From NCBI GenBank assembly GCA_024679065.1, contig JAGIQG010000003.1:29574001-29638000 (forward strand): a stretch of DNA of 64,000 bases. Direction: 5' to 3'. Made by a program: the position numbers and the translations under genes. The stretch's first letter is position 1; each line of letters opens with the position of its first letter. The notes beneath the pieces are model-generated. The model was not told the origin of the DNA and ran no database searches. It saw only the letters and a program-made list of their open reading frames with translations. Shown piece by piece: positions 12,651-25,339 of the stretch. The stretch is from Sphyrna mokarran. Taxonomy: Eukaryota.

Positions 12651-15600
12651 TCATTCCAACGCCACACAAAAAAAAAAGCAGATAAAGCAGCCCAGGAGCA
12701 AAAAGCAGGAACAATGGCCCCCACAGACGTCGCCATCCCCACAATATAACTGTCCCCCTTATTCACCCACCCCCCCCACTACTCACTTGTCTTCAACCCA
12801 CTTCCCTCCCATTGATCGCCCACAGAGTGGCAGTGGACCCCTTGCCCCTGCAGCCCTCCAGCACCTCCCCCCCAACAGAGAACCATTGGCCCACCTCCAT
12901 CCTCCTCCTATGCCCCCACCAGAGAATAACCTGGCCCTCCTCCTCCCTTCTCCATCAAAGAACAATCAGGCCCCCCCCCCCTCCCCCAATCTGAGTCAGC
13001 GGGCTGTTAGAAGCTCTGAACTTACCTCTTCAGAGGCTGGAGTGCCCGAGACATGTCTTTGCTGAGCATGTCTGTTTTGTGCCGAATCTGGCCCGGTGAA
13101 CGCAATGGTAAAAGGGGGAAATGCAGGTAAAATTGGGCATCTAGCTCATTAGGTCAATTTAAATACATGTAAATGCATTTAAAATGACGTTGTGCTGTTT
13201 CGAGTGCAGTTCCGATCATGGCTATTTTCGGGCCTTGGTAAAGTGGGAATCTGTACGGAAGCAAGTGCAGATCGCGCTAATCGCCTCACGTCTGACTTTA
13301 CCAAGTTTTTGCGCCCGAAAACAGACGAGACGTAATGGTAAAATCAGGCCCATAGTCTTAATTTTGAAGCTCTTGTAATTGATTAGAGGCTGTTGTGCCA
13401 CATCTTAGATAATGGGATAGCTTTGAAAAATATACTTTACAGTTCAACTAAAGAAAAAGATCAGTCACAATCCAATGCTCAATGAAAAATCCATCTTGAT
13501 AGCTCACTAATATTTTGCTATTCCAGGTAGATTTCTGCCATAGAAAATGCACAATGCTGCTTAGCACGCCATCTGGTGGATAAACTGTTAGAAACTAGCA
13601 TGGCCATTTCTCACCTTGATTTCACATTACGTAAGAAATCTTTCCAATCCCTGGATCATTGGAGACGGGATGTGCAACCCAAGATGTTCATTGACTCCTG
13701 GAATCCTGACACATTGACCTCCATGGGAATTCCCTGGGAAGTTTGAACTTCCAAAACACAATTCTCCTGCTTCCTAGAAGTCTCTGCAAAAGTCTCCAAC
13801 ACGCAGTTGGACAATTTGGACAGTTCCAACATACTTACCTGAATAGTTACTTGGGAAGAAAACCAACTCTAACTCCCGAGTATCGGGTTGGAATTTTACC
13901 ACCTGCCCACAAGGGAATCAGAGGAGATAAAGGTATGGAGAATGGTTTCAGGATGAACAAGGCCATAAAATTCCACTCATTGAGTCAGTCACATTGACCA
14001 GACGCCTCCTTTGTCTACCCAATTACCCCCCTCCCCCACTCCAAGCAATCCACTAACCTAACCCAACAGCATCTCCCTATATAGTGTGGGGTAGACCTGT
14101 TATTTGAGTGCTAAGGACAGGAAGCCCCTCTTTGGTGAGGGGTTGTTGTTCTCCCCTGGACAGCTGGAGCCTATGCAGGGTTCACCATGCTAACCCCAAA
14201 CCGCCCACTACCTTCTGATGACCCATTTGAGCAGACCTGACTACCCCTCCAACCTACCTGACTAGCCACTAATCTGATTGACTTACTTGACCATACAACC
14301 ACATAATCGACCTACTGATTCACCCACCTCACACACTTACTCACTCACCCAACTATCACCCTGTCCGCACTCACCCTACCCACCTGCCACCCTACCCAGC
14401 CATCTACTTCCCGCCCTATATGAACCACCTAGTCATCTTACCATTCTGTCCATCCATTCTGCTATTCAAAAACATTCACTAGTGCTGTAAAGAAGCAGTA
14501 AAAGGCGGTTTTGCCTTCTCTTCCCCTGTTGTGACAGCACCACAATAAAGTTCTTCCAAAGATTGTATATTCTGTATTTCTGTAAATGTTTGGCTCAGAA
14601 GCTTTGATTAGAAATATAGAGCATCATTTAGCACAGGAAGTGCCAACATTGTCACCCCCCTGAAGACCTGAGTCATTAAACTCAAACAGTTCAGGGCAAA
14701 AGATCTGTCACTATCAGCTCATTAATACTATCAAAAGCAAGAGAATCACAGTTTTGTACAATGGTGGAAAGTAAGGTTCAGGCAAAAGATCAGCCATGAA
14801 ATGGTGGGGCAGATTCGAGAAGCCATAGAGCCTTCCCAGCTCCTTTTTCTAATATTCTAACTCCGAGTGTCCGTGTAACACAAAGGCACATTTTCTTTCA
14901 CTTGTGGGATGTGGGATTGGTAACTTGCTGTTGCAGTGGGCTAGCTTGACGTGATAGGATGAATAGCCTCTTTCTACACTTTTATGAATTGAGCTCTAGA
15001 TGCATCGGCAAGGTCACTGGTCATCACCCATCATTAAACCAGCTAACTTGTTACAGCATTTTAAAAAGGACATTGTGCAAATTCTCCCATTTTCAGGCTA
15101 AGTGCCCATACCACTGGGAAAAGAGGAATATTTCCCACTGGTGCTGGCAGTGTCTGTCAGGTGGGATCGAAAGATGTAAATCAGGTCATCTCACTGAACC
15201 CACAAGCCAGTCAATCTCTTCAGAGATTGGCAACCTGATAACCTGATCTCCTCAGAGACAAGTTGCCCCTCCCCCAGAAAGGAAGTGGTGACTCCTCACC
15301 ACCCCAATCTCCCACTGAACACAAGAGCGCCACCCAACCCTCACAAAAGAGGCACTTCCTGGTTTGGTGATTTCAGGCAGTCCTGATTTTTTTCAATTTC
15401 TGCACTTCTCTCTCCTGTAAAAACGTGCAGTTTCTTCCAAAGGAATGTAATGTAACTTCCTCTTTTGCAGGCCAATTATTCCTTTTGAAGAAACCACAGC
15501 TGTCAATCAGGCTTAGAGTCTCTGTTTACATTACGGTTAGGATCAATAGAGGTACTTGTGATGCTTTCAAGCACTAAGGAGAATGTAAATAAACACTGTT

Positions 15601-16933
15601 AAATAGAACCTATGTAGAAGACTCTCAATGCACTAACAGAGATCAAAGGTTTCCAACGGAACGGGGAGGGTTTCAAAGGTTGCAGCTTACTAGGAAAGCT
15701 CAGGGATTTCAAATCAAAGCTGTGTGCACACATTGGGGTTAGGTACACAGCTGTAGAGAATGGAACCAACTGCCTACCCCTTGAAGCGGAGTGGGGGGAC
15801 TCTGAGGGGAAAGGGACTGTGTGAGGGGTCTGAGGATGGGATATGAGAAGGGAGTCTGAGGGGGAAGGTGGGCTGAGTGGGAGGTCTGAGGGTGGAGGAG
15901 GCCTGCACACCCTCATGCATGTGGAGTGCAGTGAAGAGTGCACTACACTCTGATGCACTCTGAGTGCACTATAATCTGAGTGGTGTGGGGAGGGGAATGC
16001 CCCTCTTTCTGAGAGATTAGATGTTGGGGTCCAGCACGCCATGTCCACATTGATGATGATCAACACCAAAGCTTGCCTGGTACCATTTCTACTGGGAGAC
16101 GGAGTGCATGGTGCGGGTCTTGTAAATGGTCATCAAACCCGCTAAATATATTACAATGAATGGGTTTGCATAATTATTTAGTTGTCACCCTTTCTGCATG
16201 GGGCCCTGATCAGGGCATCAGGTGAATCCCAGTAGCCCTGATTTTAGCCCGTATACCCAGTTCAGCAGGAAATTGGCATTCTCATCATGGGTGATCAGGA
16301 TTCCCACCACCACCAATCCGGATTCCTGCCACCATTGAAGGGGGGCTGTGAATCCTCCCATTGAAAGCCAAGCATTTATCATTGAATTGGAGTCACATTT
16401 GCTACTCTTACACCAAATGAGAGCAGCAGCTGCACGAATGAGTTTTGAGTTTTGCTACAATCTGGCAGGAACTGATCTCCAATAATGTGCCACAATTCAG
16501 GCAGGTGACCCGAGACTGGCTTGCAGTCAGATTGTTACAATCACAATGTCTACTATTTCCTCTAAGTTCACTCCAGGATGCTTGGGAATACTGTGTATTG
16601 CTGTGATATCACAGCAGTGCTATATGAGGGAGGAAGTGTCCCTCCGAGGTCTCCCATACTGACAATAACATATTTAAAACAATGGTGAGCCTGAACATTC
16701 AGCCATTGTGTTTTTATATTAAAAAAAACAGGAATTGTTCAAATAAAAACAACCAAAAGCTTTTTTTTTCCATACTTCGGACTGAGCTCGTTGTTGTCTT
16801 AAATAACTTGTTAATACAACTCTGCCATGCAAAATCACTGCAAATCTCAGTGGATCCTAACAAAATGAAATTGTCTATCCTTGACGTTGGGAAATGAGTA
16901 TGTTTAAGAACCAATTTTACTCTGTTATACCTA

Positions 16934-17215
16934 GGCAACATGGTGGCACAATGGTTAACACTGCTGCCTTACAGTGACAGGGACCTGGGTTTGATTCCTG
17001 GCTTGGGTCACTATCTGTGAGGAATCTGCATGTTCTCCCCATGATGGGCTTTCCCCAGGTTTCCTCCCACAGTCTGAAATATGTGCTCGTTAGGCGCATT
17101 GGCTGTGCTAATTTCTTCCTTAAATAGGTGCTGGAGTGTGGCAACTAGTGGGTTTTCACAGCAACTTCATTGCAGTGTTAATGTATGCCTACTTGCGATG
17201 AATAACATAAATAAA
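16934..17215 (+). mobile_element. tRNA-derived V-SINE, tail type B
   Basis: ggcaacatggtggcacaatggttaacactgctgcc head, B box, and ...gcctacttgcgatgaataacataaataaa tail. Confidence 0.88.
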
Positions 17216-17219
17216 TTAC

Positions 17220-17307
17220 CCCCAAGCTTCATCTCAAAGCACATGAATTTGAGTCTCTGATGTTTGCTCCCGAGATATGAAGCTTGCTGCCAGAAGTGTG
17301 ACTTCAT
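17220..17307 (-). CDS. Candidate alternative first coding exon of MCF2L2 (MKSHFWQQASYLGSKHQRLKFMCFEMKLG, phase 1)
   Basis: ATG plus 29 codons plus G|gtaa donor in the same phase as the recognised exon; non-repeat context; no homology recognised. Confidence 0.35.
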
Positions 17308-18102
17308 CAAGTCAGCCCAGCTGCTCCTGTTTTTACAGAACACCTTGAGGCACCGATAATGGCCTCCGATTGTACGCAGATCAACTGATGAGCATTCCCT
17401 CCAGAGAACCTGTGGCAGCCATTTAAATAAAGCAGGTGCAAAGCAGAGACACCCCGCTGAACTGAGACAGACAATCTTCATCAAGCACCTCTTCAAACTG
17501 GCACAGAGCTCCACATTGCTTCCTTGAATATGCAATGATCAAGGGCTGCCCATTTTGTCTTTAAACAGCACCTCACAAAAATTGTGTAAAAGTTAATCTT
17601 CAGATCTAACGGGATATCAGTAGATGATTTGTTCTCTCTGTCTTTGACGTGTGGGGAAATCCATAAACCTGTTCTTCACTTTTCAGAAAGGAACTCAGGT
17701 GGGTGAGGTTGAACTGCAGTATAAATGCAAGTCTTTCATTCTTTTTTGATTTTTGGGATTATGATTTTACAGCCAGCACACAGAAGATGCATCCTAATGA
17801 TGCATTAACTGAAAAAATGAAGAGCATTCACAGAATACTAATAATGCAGAGGTCATGGAAATTTAAAATAAGCAAAACTCTGTGGATAATGGTAATATTT
17901 GTCATGAAATGCCTGCAAAACAAAATATTTTCAAAAGAGGTAACCAGTTTACTCCGCTTACTCCTCTGCATAATTCACACTGAATTTATTGATACATTTA
18001 GCCATATTAAGCCCTGGATGTGTAGCTTTAGCAGTATTGAAGATGCTCAACACTATTCAATAGCAAAGAGTTAAGTTTGATCATCGAGCTGTCTTAACAA
18101 AC

Positions 18103-18160
18103 CTGTATCTGGGGAATCTGAAGGAAATCCTGCATTAATGAGCCACCTTGCCAGAGGCAT
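18103..18160 (-). CDS. Candidate alternative first coding exon of MCF2L2 (MPLARWLINAGFPSDSPDT, phase 1)
   Basis: ATG plus 19 codons plus CAG|gtttgt donor in phase 1; no homology recognised. Confidence 0.3.
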
Positions 18161-20759
18161 CTAGTCGCTGTCGGAATTGCCAACAGGATTTTGATGGATA
18201 TCATTCCTGGCAGTTGGCTTGTGAGTTTTGTTGCCAGTATTCCCTCAGTGATCATCAGTGCCAGCAGCATGTCACCTCCATCTGACACTGATGGATTCGA
18301 AGCCTCAAAGTCAGAGCATTGACAGCATTTGTGAAGTTGCATCAAAGTTGTCCAATTGTGACCGTCGATCCTGTTCTCAATGCTACAGGAAAGACATTGC
18401 AATTGTTCTTTCTGGGTGTGTTCCATGAATTCCATTCAAATGAGACGACTTGCACTATTCCATGTTTTAATGACAAATACTGTATTCCAGAGTCATACGT
18501 GTCAATACTTGTGAACTAATTATTCACATTGCATGGTATTCAAAACATGTGGCAGTGAATGGTGCAGACTTGCTGACCCAATAAACTTTTCATACCACAA
18601 TTGTTTTATGTTCAGGCTCCAGGGTATCAGAATCTGTGGGCCAGTTCCCAATGCTGGGAAAGCTGCAGGGAAAGAAGTGCAGAGAGGGGCGAAGAGGGCA
18701 GGAAGGGGTGAAGAGAGCAGGATGCAGTGAAGAGAGCAGGAGAAGTGGGAGTGAAGAGGTAAATAAAGTGAGAAAGTGGGAGGAAAAATGTGAAGCAAGC
18801 GTGGAAGTGGGAGAGAACAGATGAGTAAAGCGTTGAAGTGGGAGTAAAGAGGCAAGGTGAGAGGAGGGTGAGTGGGAACAGTGATGTATGTTCTTTTTTA
18901 TCTTTGGTGTGCACGGATTCTGATGCAACCAACTGCCTGGGACCCTTTTGTCAGAGACTTTAAGGCTAAATGTAGGGAGAGAGAAATAAACAATAAGGAT
19001 TTTAAAGCAGAACCTTTGGTGAAATAAGGGAATAGGCTTGGAACTGACTATTAATAGCAACTTAATAAAAGGAAAGCTCAACGGTTTATAGGATTTTTTT
19101 TTATATATGAGAACTAGACGGGGAAAAACTACCTTGTTCAGCGATGAACGTGATCTTGGCACACTGAACTAAAAATATCACACTATAAACTTGAATCAGC
19201 TAAATTAAGGGTTTTTTTGTTATATAAAAGTTTTCACAGGGAAAATACAAATATATAGGTGGGAATTATATAGCGGACAGGAGAAAACTGGTCTGCATGT
19301 ACCTCCACTTGGATAAGAAAATCAGTAAGAAAGCATTGTATAGGAATACTGAAAGCAGTACCCTATAATCTAGACGGAATTAACGCATAGATAGATAGCT
19401 TAAATATTTTTGAAGGTGTAAAACCAATGGAGAGAGGACATTGCTTTGTTAATGCTATCCTGGGAAACTGGTAATTTAATAGTTGAAAGTGGTTCACTTG
19501 CCACATTGGCATTTCTTATGCTAGACATTTCAGGGACAGTCATCCCCCCTCTACTAGAAGGGCCTGCCAAGACAAAGTAATCTAAGATAGCAGCCCCAAG
19601 GAAAACTTTCATGGGAAATTATGGTGATGCCTGACCCATTCATTTATATCATCAGAACATGAAAGGGTTTACAAAGAGGCCTAGGGTGTGGTTTAAATGC
19701 ATTGTGTAGAATGATTCAATTATGTATAGAAAATAGGGCATAGGTTTCACAGTACATGTATTTTTCCCATCAATTTTCTTGAAGTCATCATTAATCAGGA
19801 GATTCTTCATAATTTACCACGACTACAGAAATAAGACTACTTAAATAATTTGAGAGTCGATCAGAACTTGCATTATAATCAAGATACTGCTTATACATGA
19901 CCCCCTCATCCAGATAGAGTAAAGTTATGCTTTTATATTCCATTATAACACTTAGTCATATGGAAGATTACTCAGATTTTGTATTGTCTAGGAAATGCCT
20001 TTTCCTAGACATTTAACCAGAAAAAAAACATTCCCCCTCTTGGAAGCTACAGCAAATAATTGTATTTCATAGTATAAAATATATTTTTTATCATTCTGTA
20101 AAACAACTGAAAAAAATAAATAATCAGCAATTTTAAATGTAGAAAAACACTTATTGAAAAGGAAAACCTTCTTTCTGTGAATTTTATACCATATACATCT
20201 AACAATCATTGTTATCAAAGTACTATTCATTATTAAATATGTTTATTCCATTTTTCTTCTAGGAAATATCATAAGCCCATTTTTATAGTAAAAAAACTCC
20301 TAATGGAATTCCAATATTAGCCAAGACACCAGAGGGAACAATAAATTACACAACGCAAGTTAAACAAGCTTGTTCATATACATCTTGCACTATTAGAATT
20401 GGAATTTATGGAGAGATCACTTGGTTGGGATTTGCTTTAATTTCCAGTGTCCACCATATCACACCATTTCATAACAAATGTAATAAATGTGCATGGTTTC
20501 ATTCTCAAACAAGGCATCAAATTTGCAATCTGTGAACATAAAGCTAACACAATATAATAGTCGCTGTAAGAGGATTCTCAATCAGCTACAAAGTATTAAA
20601 GAAGAAATGGCAGTGTTAGTGAATACATTTTGGACATTTTAAAAAGATACCATAGTAATGAGTAGGATTCACCCATCTCACCATCACCAGACTGTGCAAG
20701 ATGTCAGCAAACCAAAACAGAAAGGTCGACAGCTTCAAGAAGATATCTATTTCTTGATT

Positions 20760-21870
20760 CTGCCGCCCTTCCCCAAGCCCATTACCTGTGAGGACTCATG
20801 TCCCACATGGACCTCCACCCACCGCATTTGGTGTCTCCATCCAGTGCAGCCTCCTTTCCCTCTATCTTCCATTGCTTGTCATCCTCAACCAATTCCTTGC
20901 CCTCCTGCCTACCATTGTGAATCCTTACCCTTCCCTCAATCACCTCTCTGCACAGCCCCCCTTCCACATTGCCCCACCTTTGTCTTCCTGAGGCCAGGCA
21001 CTACTACCACCCCACCTTAAATCGCACTCCACCGTGACCGAACTTCAGACCTTTGTTGTGGGGGCTGCATGAGTCCTGCAGCACAGTTCTGTCCAGACAG
21101 ACACTGGCGTGTGGCACCAGGGAGAAGGATATCCCAATGCTCCCCAACCTCAGGCAAAGGTACTGATCCAATTCAGTGACACAGGAAGGTCTGTGAGTCC
21201 AGCAGCACAGTATTGTCCATGAAGGCCAGTCCAACATGGATATGGGGGCAGGAACCGGTCTGCCCCTGACAGAGTAGTGAACAGTACACCAGGAGTCCTG
21301 TAGCACTGTGGCAGAAAGCTTTGTTGCACTCACCACCAAGGCTCTTGCCAACTGAGAACCATCTTATGCACGCCACTCCTTGACAATCGATTTTGATGGC
21401 AATGTGATTTCACGCAATCTGATCTGACACAAGGTTGAAAAGGCTGATGGAATTCCAGGAAACAGCTGTTTCAATAAGCATTCATGAAATGACGTTTGTG
21501 CCACCAGCCAATGAGAAGTCCATTCTGCCATTAACCCGCCATTGGAAGAATTCCAATATGATTTTACATCATTGGGTTTCATTTTTTGACTACCATTAAA
21601 TTCTCTGCTCATGCCCCCACCAAAGCCAGATGGGCTACAGAGAGTAATGAGTGCATTGGGCTGGTGTTTAAATATGGCGCTATAAACCATCAACTGAGGG
21701 TGGGCAAACAAATCAGCTACCGACTCACCAGGAAAGCAGGAGGAGTTCTGGCCTGTGCGGAATTACTGAGGTTCTGGTGCGGGATCCCAACATTCTGGTC
21801 AGACAGACAGGGACTGACAGACCTGCCCATCAAGGCACTTCATCTCAAAATGGTAGAATTCCTCCCAATA
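20760..21870 (-). mobile_element. Decayed Harbinger-type element
   Basis: GC-richer block ending in ...ggtagaattcctccc, like the other MITE ends; family assignment is tentative. Confidence 0.4.
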
Positions 21871-21949
21871 TTATCCTATTGCTTTAAATTAATGGTTTAC
21901 TAAAATGTCTAATTGAACACATTAGCTCAAAATAACAGGAGGAAGTTCA

Positions 21950-22267
21950 TCTTGATCCCTTCCCATCTCTGTAATCTCCTCCAGCTGCACAATCCTCCAA
22001 AATATCCGCATTCCTCTCATTCTTATCTCTTGAACACATTTAATATTATGAATTTCACACAGGTGGCCGTGCCATCAGCTGCCAAAGCCCTAAGCTCTGG
22101 AATCCTTCACTTGTCCACCTCTCTTTCATTTCTTAAGATGCCCCTTGAAATATACTTTTTTTTTTAAAATCTCCTTTATGTCAAGTGGCATTTCACACAA
22201 GGGTAGAAACCATCTTGAGACATTTTATTACAATACAGTTGATATACATCTGCAAAATGTTGTTGTT
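21950..22267 (+). mobile_element. L2-type 3' end
   Basis: atctctgtaatctcctccagc...ccctaagctctggaat...gacattttattacaat...gttgttgtt tail. Confidence 0.6.
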
Positions 22268-22384
22268 AAATGTTCCTTTAATATTCTGGCCAAGGAGCCT
22301 TTCTGCGTATTAGCTAATTATTTTAATTTGACAGCTTTCATTTCTTAAAACAGCATTTCAAAACAGTAACAATATGATAGCATT

Positions 22385-22620
22385 GCGGAAAAAGAGACAG
22401 GCTGTTGAAGTTTCTTATCTTGCACTCATCAAGACAGATACAAGAATATCAAACCAGTTCTGTTTGCAGAGGATAGGTCCCTGCATATGAAAACATGTCG
22501 CTTCTGGCAAATGTAAAAGACATTATGACTGATTATATTAAATTGGTTGTCGGTGTAATTATTAGCACACACACAGAATTGTTCAGCAAATGCTGTCCAA
22601 TTGCAGAATAACATCTTCCT
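22385..22620 (-). mobile_element. Penelope-like family 2 fragment (GIY-YIG C-terminus plus decayed hammerhead)
   Basis: Minus frames SAIGQHLLNN..CANNYTDNQFNIIS..MQGPILC, followed by ttgatgagtgcaagataagaaa. Confidence 0.65.
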
Positions 22621-24185
22621 TTGGACATCATCTTCAGATTTTTACAAACACAGATTGATAAAGTACAAGTCAAGCTCTGCCTTTCACCCAAATGACCCAG
22701 ACTGTGCCAATGTAGTGTTATTCAAAGCCAGACCATTACAGTTCAGAGCTACTTCGGGTTATCTTGTTGGGCAATCTACAGCATGTTCCACTGAAAGTCA
22801 CTAATCTCCCATAGCCACACTGCAGCCACTGGGGTAGCACTGCAACAAGCAAGGATACCCCCAAGGCAGTTACTAAAGGAATGTACAAGGGTGAATAATT
22901 AAAGTTATTATGGATTATTAGAAGTGTCATTAGATAAGATTGATACAGAATGGTGTTTTTTTTAGAATTTTGATCAAGAAGATGGTGTGATGATCCAAGG
23001 GCAGGGAGATAGAAAGTGAATTTTGGCAAGGGGAGTCCGTGCAGCCATTGATGGAAAATCCTTTCCAGAACAAACAGATTATGGATGTCTCCTCCTCTTT
23101 TAGCAACCTGAGAAGGTTCAACAGATCACCACGAGCTTGGAAACAATCCTAGAATGTTCTTAAAAGGCCAAACTGCTGATTCAGACTGCCGTCAATTATT
23201 TGCTTCACATTGTTCCTGGGCTCAGGATGGTGGTGTGCTACCTACACATGGAAGCAGAGGGAAGACATGCGTCAGGTGTAAAGCGAATAGTTCATGGAAC
23301 TAAGCAGCCAGCCATTGTAGTGGATGACCAGCAAAGGTGAAAAGGTGTTGCTGGCTTGTGTAGTGCCAGCACAAACAGCACTGTGGAGCTGAATGCTGCA
23401 GCATTAATGGTTATTTGTACAATTTACAAGTTACAAGTGCATATTATTTTCTTTGTTTTGCTCTGTTTCCTTGAGCATCTTAATTGCACAGCATGATTCA
23501 AAAATGTACTAGTAAACAGATGTTAATGTGTTATTTTAAATTATCCACACACAAATATTGTGAAAGGCTCCAAAAGTCCTAATGCTCCAAAATTAGTTTT
23601 CAATTTTTAAGAACTATCAGAATCAACAAACTCTGATATTCTGATATTTTGTACATTTGACCAACTGCCAGTAAATGTTTGCTCATCATCTCTACAGGGA
23701 AAAAAAAATTAGATCTTAATTCTCACTAGCTGCCACAAAATATTCCAAAATACAATGTAAGGGCATTACCCTTTGGAGTAACTATTATAAAGTCAGTGTT
23801 CCTTCAGGGAATCTACATTGATGTGTTATTATTCATTCACCCAATAGAAAACAGTCCTTTGTGAAATCAAAAAAGACATTTTAACTGGGTTATAGTGCTG
23901 TCAAACTATGGATTTCCACAAAAAAATTAAATAGTTGATAATGATTTAAACCAGCCAGATCTGTGATTGCTCTCAGAAAAGTTTTTTTGCTGTCTTGGAC
24001 CAGCTAATTCTTTAAAAATAACAAGTAACTTTCAAAGCTGCTTCTGTGTAATTCTAGAGAACATTTCTCTTCCAAAAAGGAGAGTGATGGAATGCTTTAC
24101 AAAAAGGATGTTTAACGTCTCCTTGAAACGAGTGCATCCCTTAAGTAGTATATTGTTAAATTCCATGTTCCGTGTTGGAAAATGT

Positions 24186-24672
24186 CACGTCCTTTTCAGG
24201 GCAGTCGATCTACCTTTGTCCCCACCTGGCACTCAGCTCTCACCTGTGGCTCCCCGTAGTTATTTGCATGTGACAGCAGCCACATCCCAGGCAACAGCTT
24301 TGAAAAGCCAGCTAAACCAGGTGAGGATAGCCAACGGGTCTCAACCCTGGGTGAGATAGAGAGATGTCTATCCCAGCACATGAAGACAGAGTCCGGCGGA
24401 TTGAGCGGACATGACCAATGGAAAATCCAACAGTCAAGAAGGCAGTCTCTACAAGCGTCATGGAATGCGAAGAACAGAACAAGACACAGAAGTAGTCCTG
24501 GTCATCCACTGTGTCTAGTCCCATCTCCAGCCTCAATTCTTGCCTTGCCACTGGATCTAGATGGGAATTGGGAAGAGAGAGCAAGGCTGACACTGTGCAA
24601 GTCTCCCTCACTTTAATCCAATTCAAGCACCAGTCTCGACACCATTATCATCATCATCAAATTCATTCATCA
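24186..24672 (+). mobile_element. RTE-derived SINE-like element
   Basis: About 490 bp, (CAT)n-like tail, TSD gaaaatgt at 24178-24185 and 24673-24680; the RTE assignment is from memory of the 3' motif. Confidence 0.6.
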
Positions 24673-25339
24673 GAAAATGTATACAAATTGAGAATAGTAG
24701 TAGTCTGGCAGAAGTCAGGTTGGAGGCGTCATCCATGCAGGGTAATACCTTGAGATGTATATAGTTATGAGTTATTAATAAACACTTAGGCCTAAATTTT
24801 CCAGCATACTTCCCTCTTGAGAGTCATAGTGCATGGGATGAAAAATTTAATGGACCAACAAAAGGTTTTGGCTTTCAGCACGAGTTTCTGTTCTCATGGA
24901 GCGTAAGAATGAAAAATCTCTTAATGTTCAACCATAGAAGCCGCCAGATCGCTACGTGAGACACAAAACAATGAAAGGAAAAGGCTCCTCTCGCAGCTTA
25001 CAGCCAGGTAGCCTTCACCTCAGGGCCTACAATACTGATCTAGTGAAGTGACACGCTTAAAACTGCAGCTGACTGTTCACTATTGTACAAGCACCCGCTC
25101 ATTCAATAAGGCAGAGCCTAATCCATGAAGCCACAGATAGATCTATTGATGACCCCCTTGTGTCATAATAATATCCCTCCCCCCTTATATCCGTGACTCT
25201 CCCAACATCCCCACTGTGAAGAAGTCCTTTCTATCGCTTGGCATTCAGGCAGGAGTCTGTTGAGGGTGAGAAGTTGGCAAATGTAATTTGTTAGCAAGAT
25301 TGATGTAAGCCTATTTGTGACGCTAATAAATAAACTAAA

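Larger units (their letters stand above)
11600..13351. mobile_element. Two adjacent non-autonomous Harbinger-like elements in opposite orientation
   Basis: End motif aatggtaaaat..ggcc at about 12181-12198 and 13334-13351, with its inverse (gattataccattttg) at about 12208; mirrored G-rich and C-rich interiors. Confidence 0.55.

Noticed and set aside
16934-17010. tRNA-like A/B boxes here and at other SINE heads
   Set aside because: They continue into SINE bodies and are not tRNA genes.
17318-17330. cagctgctcctgt shared with 34452-34464, upstream of both ATGs
   Set aside because: Also occurs at 3801-3813 in repeat DNA; an E-box-containing 13-mer is too weak alone.
18590-19162. 190-aa Leu/Ser/Pro-rich ORF
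   Set aside because: Translation of a low-complexity purine-rich tract; no domain signal.
19400-19564. Minus-strand open frame after a ttgtcttggcag acceptor
   Set aside because: No convincing donor and no recognisable protein similarity.
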